64,000 nt of DNA, taken from Candidatus Latescibacterota bacterium (GTDB lineage: Bacteria > Latescibacterota > UBA2968 > UBA8231). The stretch lies in assembly GCA_965221775.1 (NCBI GenBank), contig CBDCSU010000005.1, forward strand, positions 992,001 to 1,056,000, read 5' to 3'. Of this stretch, positions 57,259 through 64,000 are shown in pieces; position 1 is the stretch's first letter, and every line of letters starts with the position of its first letter. A model generated the notes under the pieces. It saw only the letters and a list, made by a program, of their open reading frames with translations, searched no databases and was not told where the DNA came from. The translations under genes were made by a program, and so were the position numbers.

Positions 57259-59430
57259 TCACTCCGGCGTCCAGGTGGTGGCGTGGACGCCCTGGTCGCG
57301 GGCGCCGGCCCACAGGGTCAGCACGCGGCCGTCGCGCAGCAGCACCGAGCTGGTGCGCGCGTCCATGGTGTGGTAGGCGAGGATCCAGGGCTCCGGGTCC
57401 CACGTGCGTCCGCCGTCGGGGCTGACCAGGGCGCGGGGACCGCCGACGGCGTCCTTGTGGTCGTAGGTCAGCACGACGCGGCCGTCCGGCAGCCCCACGG
57501 CATCGGCGGAGACCATGTGCATGCGGGTGACCAGGAACGGGGTGGTCCAGTCGTAGCCGCCGTTGGCGGAGAGCATGATCGCCTCGTTCTTGTAGCGGCC
57601 CGGTCCGACCCGGTTGAGGGACGGGGCCGGCCAGGTCTCCTTGCCGCCGCCCTGCCCGGCGGGCGCGTCGAACAGGTCCGGGTGCAGGTACTCCCGCTGG
57701 AAGCGGGTCGCGCAGAGCAGCTCTCCCGACGGCAGCTCCAGCAGGTTCGACTCGCAGCTCCCGGGCGGCAGCACCGTCCAGTCGCCCCAGCTCCTGCCGT
57801 CGTCCTGCGAGCGCAGCAGGACGTCTCCCTCGTATCCGGCCTGGTGCGCGGCATCGTTCCAGGCGTTGCTGCAGAAACAGACCACGGTGCCGTCGGCGAG
57901 CTGCACGATGCGGCTGCCGTCGCCCTGGCCGCAGTAGCGCGTCGGCCGCGGCGCCAGCTCGGAGTCCGTCCACGTCCGCCCGCCGTCGTCGCTGCGCGCC
58001 ACGCGGGGCTCGCGCGTGGGCAACGTGCCGCGCTCCGGGTCGGCGTCATCGATGACCGCGGCGTAGCTCGCGAGGAAGGTGCCGGCGCCGGTCACCCCGA
58101 AGCCGAAGACCGCCGGGTCGCGTCCGGACAGCGGGATCTCGGCCACGAAGTCCCACGAGCGGCCCTCGTCGGTGGAGCGATGGATGCGGCAGTCGCGGCT
58201 GGAGTAGACCAGGCTGCCGTCGGGATGGCGGCAGACGACCACCCCCTTGGCGCCGGCGCCGGCGAAGTAGCGGTGCTCGGCCGGCACGCGCCGGCAGGCC
58301 GTCATCTCGAAGTTCTCGACGTAGTCGCCGCCCTCGTAGCGGTCATCTGGGCGCATGCGCACCATGCCGTTGTCCAGGTAGCCCCGTGCGTCGACCCGGT
58401 CGCTCCACAGGTTGGGGTAGACCAGCGGCGGTTTCTCCAGGCCCTCGGGGGTCCAGCGCACCACGCCGACCGCCGGCCGGCGGCCCCACTCGTCCATGCC
58501 GGGGCCGTAGATGGTGGGCGCATACGAGCCCAGCGCCGGGCCGCGGTGGAAGGCGGAGACGATGGCGCCGTCCGCGGTCACCGCCGTGGCGGCGCTCACG
58601 CCCGCACCGGCCAGCACCGGTCGCGCCTTCTCGCGGATGGCGTAGCGGCTGAGGGCGAGGACGTAGACCTCGTCGCCCCAGGAGGTGCCGGCGCCGTCCT
58701 CGGGGGCTGAACCGACGACCGCACGCGCGCCGTAGGGGAAGTGCGGCTGGCCGTAGCTGAGTACCAGGCGGCCGTCGGGAAGCTCCGCCAGCGGTGCGGA
58801 CAGCGGCGCGAATCCCTCCGGCACGTTCCAGGTGGCGCCGCCGTCATCGGACTCGCCCAGGGCGATCTCGCCGGCGGCGCCGCCGACGGGGGCGACCAGC
58901 CGGCCGGAGCCGAGCTGAAGCGGGTGGAGCGGCCCCCATCCGGCCGGAAGCCCGGCCGCCGGTTGCCACGCCGCGCCGCCGTCGGTCGAGCGCAGGATGC
59001 GGCCCGGCAGGCACAGCAGCAGCGCGCCGTCGGCCAGGGCGGTCAGGCAGGCGCGGGGCGGGTCGGACAGTTCCGCGTCCAGGGCGGCGATCACCTGCCA
59101 CGGTCCGGCGGGCTCGCCGGCGCTGACGATCAGCACGGCGCCGCTCCCCTGGATGGCGGCGAGGAGCGTCCCCTCCCGCCCGGCGGCCAGTGCAAGCACG
59201 ACGCCACCCGGCGCCGCGGGCGTTGCCAGGTCGGCGAGCTGCGACCACGTCACGCCGCCGTCGGCGCTGCGCGCCAGTGATCCGCCGCGGCCTGCGAGGA
59301 CGAGGTCGTCTCCCTGCCGGCAGAGCAGCGGATCGGCATCGCCGAAGAGCACTTCCTGGCGCTCGACGCGCAGCCGGCGGTAGCGCAGCACGTGGTCGTC
59401 GCCGTGATCGGACTCGAAGCATTCCTTCAT
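57259..59430 (-). CDS. BNR/Asp-box repeat sialidase-like protein (two propellers)
   Basis: Multiple SxDGGxTW boxes (SADGGVTW, STDGGAAW, SDDGGRTW, SPDGGRTW). Confidence 0.8.
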   Translation of the reverse strand: MKECFESDHGDDHVLRYRRLRVERQEVLFGDADPLLCRQGDDLVLAGRGGSLARSADGGVTWSQLADLATPAAPGGVVLALAAGREGTLLAAIQGSGAVLIVSAGEPAGPWQVIAALDAELSDPPRACLTALADGALLLCLPGRILRSTDGGAAWQPAAGLPAGWGPLHPLQLGSGRLVAPVGGAAGEIALGESDDGGATWNVPEGFAPLSAPLAELPDGRLVLSYGQPHFPYGARAVVGSAPEDGAGTSWGDEVYVLALSRYAIREKARPVLAGAGVSAATAVTADGAIVSAFHRGPALGSYAPTIYGPGMDEWGRRPAVGVVRWTPEGLEKPPLVYPNLWSDRVDARGYLDNGMVRMRPDDRYEGGDYVENFEMTACRRVPAEHRYFAGAGAKGVVVCRHPDGSLVYSSRDCRIHRSTDEGRSWDFVAEIPLSGRDPAVFGFGVTGAGTFLASYAAVIDDADPERGTLPTREPRVARSDDGGRTWTDSELAPRPTRYCGQGDGSRIVQLADGTVVCFCSNAWNDAAHQAGYEGDVLLRSQDDGRSWGDWTVLPPGSCESNLLELPSGELLCATRFQREYLHPDLFDAPAGQGGGKETWPAPSLNRVGPGRYKNEAIMLSANGGYDWTTPFLVTRMHMVSADAVGLPDGRVVLTYDHKDAVGGPRALVSPDGGRTWDPEPWILAYHTMDARTSSVLLRDGRVLTLWAGARDQGVHATTWTPE

Positions 59431-60872
59431 CGCGGCCCGGCCAGATTCTGGTAGACCTTTCGCCCTTCGTTGAACAGGTGCATGACTTCCTCCCGCTGTG
59501 TACCGTTCGCAAACCGCCAATCCCGGTTCACGATCTCCATTGAAGTGTCGATCGAGCGGACGAAGAACGCCGCCGAACCTTGCGCCCTGTCGACGGGGAG
59601 ACCTGTACCGATATAGACGGGACTCGTGTGCGCATAGACCGGCTGCGCAAAGCTGTCACGGGCTTCCCCGAAGGCGCGTGCCGCGACCCAGCCATCGGAC
59701 TCGATCCGGAGGTCGAAGGCCCATTCCCCACCCTGTCTCAGCCCGTCGAGTGGCACCGTCTGGGCGACCACGCCGTTGTATACCAACTCGACGCGGCTGA
59801 GCGGGTAGTGCGATTGCCAGGTGATTCGCCCCGACGCCGTGCGAGGACACCCATTCGGCGATTCGAGGACTCCTCCGGGGGACTCCCCATCGAGATTCAG
59901 GAACAGTGCCGGTCCGTTCGTGATGAAGGTCCGTCCCGCCTGCAAGCCCTTCAACCAGTCTTCATAGGTGAATTCCCCATCGGTCTGGACATAGACGCGG
60001 TTGTTCGAACGGATGAACCAGTCCGTCCCCGTCGATGCGGGGAGCGGGATGCCGCAGTTGAGCAGGCGATACCAGATGTCGTATTCGAGATCTTTCCAGG
60101 AGGGATCGAAGAGGTTGAAGGCATCCAGCTTCCCCAAGGCAGCCGCCACCGGCGCCTCCATTCCCCTGCCGTTGTGACACCACAGCACAAGGCCCCCCTG
60201 GCGCCTGGCGTCGTCGCAGGCGTAACAGATCGGCGGGTAGTCGGGGTCGAGGTGGCTGACAAGATCACCCCGGCTGACCGGCTCTACCAGATTCTCGATG
60301 CGCAGGAACATGACATGTCCGGACCCGCCGCCGAATTGGGAGTTGTGGCGGTTCTCCTCACCGCAATCGACCAGATGGTGTGCGGTGGAATAGTCGGTCA
60401 TGAATCCGAGGGGATACTTGTTGCTGGCATAGGGCAGCTCGCCCCGCTGCAGGATGCTGATGACGGTTACGCTGAGGTCGTGGACTCTTGGATCGAGCCG
60501 CAAGCGGTCATCGGGCCGTGCCTCCGTCTCATTGTAGTGCAGATGGGTATTCCCCGGGTACCACCCCTGCGATGGCAGATCGGCCCATCGTTTGAGATGC
60601 AGCTCGACCTCGACGGCCCCCTTTGCGGGCATGGAAACGACCTTCCGAAGGGGTTCGTACTCCGTGCCGCGCTCAACCACGATGTCCGTTGAACCACGGG
60701 GCACGTCCACAACAAACTCCCCCGGACAGTAGAAGAACGGGTCCCCCGGACCAATCTTCAGGATACTGTCCGCCGGGTGGACAAAGTGGCCGCTGCTGGT
60801 CAGGACATGGACCTTCGCCTCGACGGAAGCACCTGAAACGCTGTCTCGAATTACGCCTCTGAGAGTTGCCAT
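59427..60872 (-). CDS. CehA/McbA-family (PHP-like) metallohydrolase
   Basis: RGTEY, GWYPGNTHLH, GEE.RH, WYRLLNCG, TGTD and GRTFITNGP motifs. Confidence 0.75.
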   Translation of the reverse strand: MATLRGVIRDSVSGASVEAKVHVLTSSGHFVHPADSILKIGPGDPFFYCPGEFVVDVPRGSTDIVVERGTEYEPLRKVVSMPAKGAVEVELHLKRWADLPSQGWYPGNTHLHYNETEARPDDRLRLDPRVHDLSVTVISILQRGELPYASNKYPLGFMTDYSTAHHLVDCGEENRHNSQFGGGSGHVMFLRIENLVEPVSRGDLVSHLDPDYPPICYACDDARRQGGLVLWCHNGRGMEAPVAAALGKLDAFNLFDPSWKDLEYDIWYRLLNCGIPLPASTGTDWFIRSNNRVYVQTDGEFTYEDWLKGLQAGRTFITNGPALFLNLDGESPGGVLESPNGCPRTASGRITWQSHYPLSRVELVYNGVVAQTVPLDGLRQGGEWAFDLRIESDGWVAARAFGEARDSFAQPVYAHTSPVYIGTGLPVDRAQGSAAFFVRSIDTSMEIVNRDWRFANGTQREEVMHLFNEGRKVYQNLAGPR

Positions 60873-60889
60873 GAAGTGGGTCCTCTCTC

Positions 60890-61987
60890 CTACTGCCCCC
60901 AGACCTCTGCGAACACGCGCAGGTAGTTCTCGCCGAGGAACTTGCGGATCGTGTCGTCGCCGTGGCCCCGCCGCACGAGCTCCTCGGTGACCGCGGGGAC
61001 CTTGCCGATGTGTTCGAGGCCCTCGGGCGCGAGGTCGACGCCGTACTGGTCGCTGCCCAGGCCGACGTGGTCGGGGCCCATCACGTCGAGAGCGGTCTCG
61101 ATGTCGTCGACCACTTCGGACAGGTTGCGGTGGGTGATGTGAATCAGCCCCAGCACGCCGCCGTTGCGGGCGATCGCCTCGAGCATCTCCCGGTCGCGAG
61201 GGAGTTCGAGGCGTGCTCGCGGACTGCCTCCGGCCCGGCGCGAAGCCGGATCGCTGTTGGCGAACATGGTAGGCGTGGTGTGGGAGAGAATGACCGGACG
61301 GTCGGCCCGGTCGAGGATCTCCCAGAAGCCGCGCTCGCCGATGTGCACGAGGTCGACGACGATGCCGAGCTCTCCCATCCGGTCGATGAGTGCCTTGCCG
61401 GCAGCCGTCAGCCCGCCCTGGTCGTCGGCGGCCCTGCAGCCGTCCGCGTAGATGTTGCGGCGGGTGTGGGTCAGGCTCGCCACCCGCAGTCCGAGCTTGT
61501 GGTAGAGATCGAGGAAGCGCGGGTCGGCGCCCAGCGCCTCGCAGCCCTCGAAGGCGAAGACGAGGGCCACCCGCCCATCCTCCTTGGCCTGCCGGATCCC
61601 GGCCGCCGACGTGGCGAGCACCAGCCCGTCGAGGCGGTCGACCTCATGGTGCAGGTGCCAGGTCATCTCGAGGCCGCGGTGCAGCGGCCTGTTGAGCTGG
61701 TCGTCGTCGAGGTAGACCGCACAGAGTTGCGAAGTGATGCCGCCTTCACGCCACCGCGGCAGGTCGTACTGGCCCATGCACCCGAACCAGACGGTGTGGG
61801 CCGACATCCCGAACTGGGCGAAAGGGCCGGCGTCGAAACCGAGGGGCGGCTCCCAGCTCTCGGGGTCGGGGAGTTCCACCCGTTGATCGAGAGTCATCTT
61901 GCCGTCGCTCACCGGCATGAGGATGTCGCAGTGACCGTCGATCACGATCGACTCGCGGTGCAGGGCGTGGATATCGGCGAGCTTCAC
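60890..61987 (-). CDS. Membrane dipeptidase (peptidase M19)
   Basis: IDGHCD, FEG, GLT..G, VDLVH, SHT, GLGSD and KFLGEN..RV motifs. Confidence 0.88.
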   Translation of the reverse strand: MKLADIHALHRESIVIDGHCDILMPVSDGKMTLDQRVELPDPESWEPPLGFDAGPFAQFGMSAHTVWFGCMGQYDLPRWREGGITSQLCAVYLDDDQLNRPLHRGLEMTWHLHHEVDRLDGLVLATSAAGIRQAKEDGRVALVFAFEGCEALGADPRFLDLYHKLGLRVASLTHTRRNIYADGCRAADDQGGLTAAGKALIDRMGELGIVVDLVHIGERGFWEILDRADRPVILSHTTPTMFANSDPASRRAGGSPRARLELPRDREMLEAIARNGGVLGLIHITHRNLSEVVDDIETALDVMGPDHVGLGSDQYGVDLAPEGLEHIGKVPAVTEELVRRGHGDDTIRKFLGENYLRVFAEVWGQ

Positions 61988-62205
61988 AACAACCTCACGA
62001 ATTCCTCCACACCAAGGTTCGCCTGCCTGATGATCGCCCGAAGGGTGCCCCTGTCCAGCTCTTTGTGATCGGGAACAACGACCTGCGAGAACGGTCGATC
62101 ACGGCGCAGAATCATATGACTGCCGTGCTGCCGCTTCAGGTAGAATCCGACCTTGCCGAGCGCTTTGGCGCATGTTCTCCCCGAAATCCTGGGCAGACTG
62201 CTCAA
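61984..62205 (-). CDS. hicA: HicA-family toxin
   Basis: GF..RQHGSHMIL, VPDHKEL.RGTLRAI motifs. Confidence 0.9.
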   Translation of the reverse strand: MSSLPRISGRTCAKALGKVGFYLKRQHGSHMILRRDRPFSQVVVPDHKELDRGTLRAIIRQANLGVEEFVRLL

Positions 62206-62408
62206 ACAGCTACCACCATCGCCTCGAAGTGTTCATCAGGAACGGACAATCCGTCTTCCTCGAAAGACGCGATGTATCCTTCGATTGCTTCCTTGATGTT
62301 GGCAATGGCTTCCTGCTTTGTCTTGCCCTGACTGATGCAACCGGGCAGGCTGGGACACTCCGCAACCCAGTAACCATCCTCGCCAGGGAAAACAACGACT
62401 TGCCTCAT
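62202..62408 (-). CDS. hicB: HicB-family antitoxin (short form without a DNA-binding domain)
   Basis: GYWVAECPSLPGCISQG.T..EA..NI.EAI motif. Confidence 0.9.
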   Translation of the reverse strand: MRQVVVFPGEDGYWVAECPSLPGCISQGKTKQEAIANIKEAIEGYIASFEEDGLSVPDEHFEAMVVAV

Positions 62409-62552
62409 GATTCATCCTTCGTACGGTATGAGTTTGAAGCCGGCTCAATGATACATCCCTCTGCGGTGTACCCATAGCGCACAGGCGACCGTCGGCCCCT
62501 CCTGCGTTCCGGCGTTGTTATCACTCCCGCTCCGCGGACCGGCCGGAGCCGA

Positions 62553-64000
62553 TCACCGGTACTGGTCCATGGCGCCCCGGCGATGGTCGAAGGCCGGGTC
62601 GTGGCTCCAGGTATGGCCGTGCCGCTTCATGGTGTCCCTGATGAGCCGCCTGCGGTAGAGGCTGGCCAGGTTCTCCCGCGCCATGGCGTCCGGGTCGAAC
62701 CGGTCGAGGATATGGCCCCGAAGGCTCTCTGCCACCTGGCGGTGCGTGCCTTCGGCGGCGAGATCGTGCCACTCGCCCGGATCGTTCTCCAGGTCGAAGA
62801 GAGCAGGTTCGAAACCGTGAATGTGGAGGTACTTGTACCGCCCCTGCCGCGCCATGATGCACGGCATGCCCACCGCCTCGTGGGCCTGGGCGAAGACGAC
62901 GCGGTCGGCGTCGTTCCCGGCGGTCGGTGACAGGAGGCTGCGGCCGTCGTGGGGCAGGCGATCCTCGACCCCCGCGAGATCGCAGAACGTCGGCAGAAGG
63001 TCGATCAGTGAAACAGGGTGGGGACTGGTCGTACCCGCGCGCCAGCCGTCCGGATAGCGGACGATCAGGGGCACTCGGCAGGACCACTCGTAGAAACACC
63101 GCTTCTGCACCATGCCCCGCTCGCAGAGCATGTCGCCGTGGTCACTGGCGAAGACCACCACCGTGCTCTCCGCCAGTCCGGTCTCGTCGAGGGCGTCCAG
63201 CAGGCCGCCGACCTTGTCGTCCATGTAGCTCACCAGGCCGTAGTAGGCCCGCCGGAGCCGGTAGAGGCCTTCCTCGTCCCGCAGGTCGTACCGCCCCGTG
63301 CCGTGATAGGCGTTCAGGTTCCGGTCCATCATGGTGTAGTGATCGTCCAGATCCGCGGGAAAGGAAGGCAGGTCGATCTCGGCGTCTTCGTACCGGTTCC
63401 AGTAGTCCAGGGGCGGCCAGAAGGGTTCGTGGGGGTGGTGGTAGGACGCGCAGAGCAGGAAAGGAGCGTCACCTTCATCCTGCTCTCGGGCCCGCAGGTA
63501 CTCGACGGCCCGGAAGTGGGTCTCCTCGTCGTAGCTCAGGGCGTTGTGCCACACCCCGATCCGCACCCCGTCCCCGGTGTAGCCTCTCGCATTGTACATG
63601 GACCGGTTGCTCATCACCTCTTCGCAGTCCCGTCCCCCGGTCTCCTTGAGGCGGATCCACTCCGGCTTCACCCAGTTGAAGTCGGAGGAGTAGATGTCCG
63701 TGGTCAGACGCCTCCGGAATCCGTGCAGCTGGTCCGGGCCGATGAAGTGCATCTTGCCGGAGAGCACGGTATCGTAGCCCGCATCGGACAGGTAATGGGC
63801 GAAGGTCGGCTGGTCCGCCGCCAGCAGCGCGCCGTTGTCCCAGGCCCCGATCTCGGAGGCGTGCCGTCCCGTCATCAGGCATGCGCGGCCCGGTGCGCAG
63901 AGGGGAAAGGCGGTGTACGCCGCGTCGTAGCGCACGCCCTCCTCCACCAGCCTGTCCAGGTGGGGCGTCCGCACGACGGGATGGCCGTACGCCCCGGTCA
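62553..64000 (-). CDS. Sulfatase (choline-sulfatase-like), 5'-truncated by the window edge
   Basis: GAYGHPVVRTPHLD, CAPGRA (CxPxR), SGKMHF.GPDQLHGF and SDHGDM motifs. Confidence 0.9.
   Translation of the reverse strand, partial: TGAYGHPVVRTPHLDRLVEEGVRYDAAYTAFPLCAPGRACLMTGRHASEIGAWDNGALLAADQPTFAHYLSDAGYDTVLSGKMHFIGPDQLHGFRRRLTTDIYSSDFNWVKPEWIRLKETGGRDCEEVMSNRSMYNARGYTGDGVRIGVWHNALSYDEETHFRAVEYLRAREQDEGDAPFLLCASYHHPHEPFWPPLDYWNRYEDAEIDLPSFPADLDDHYTMMDRNLNAYHGTGRYDLRDEEGLYRLRRAYYGLVSYMDDKVGGLLDALDETGLAESTVVVFASDHGDMLCERGMVQKRCFYEWSCRVPLIVRYPDGWRAGTTSPHPVSLIDLLPTFCDLAGVEDRLPHDGRSLLSPTAGNDADRVVFAQAHEAVGMPCIMARQGRYKYLHIHGFEPALFDLENDPGEWHDLAAEGTHRQVAESLRGHILDRFDPDAMARENLASLYRRRLIRDTMKRHGHTWSHDPAFDHRRGAMDQYR

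Noticed and set aside
1-64000. Integron cassette array, prophage, IS elements, tRNA or rRNA
   Set aside because: No integrase, transposase, phage gene, recurring attC-like site or structural RNA was recognised by eye, and gene orientation is mixed. A covariance-model search was not possible.

Overview
GC-rich bacterial accessory and catabolic region with about 55 CDS. No rRNA, tRNA, CRISPR array or transposase was recognised. Gene content includes YWTD/LDL-receptor propellers, an internalin-like LRR protein, an ankyrin protein, four PhyH dioxygenases, a sulfatase, BNR proteins and a C-terminal SWGxLK motif. This resembles sponge-associated Latescibacterota/Poribacteria-type bacteria (inference). 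The window carries four intact type II TA pairs (MNT-HEPN, Phd-ParE, Xre/MbcA-RES, HicB-HicA) and two ATPase-partner pairs that could be defence systems. It also holds a stand-alone A-T-R NRPS-like reductase, a putative amino-sugar catabolic operon around gdhA, several ABC exporters, tandem glycosyltransferases, tandem secreted Cache proteins and a probable iota-class carbonic anhydrase. Gene remnants are unusually numerous: a MazE-like tail fused in frame to an oxidoreductase, three copies of a K+ channel N-terminus, a Fic gene with an internal deletion, sulfatase and M48 stubs, and a duplicated NRPS 3' end. All family calls come from motif recognition, not database searches.
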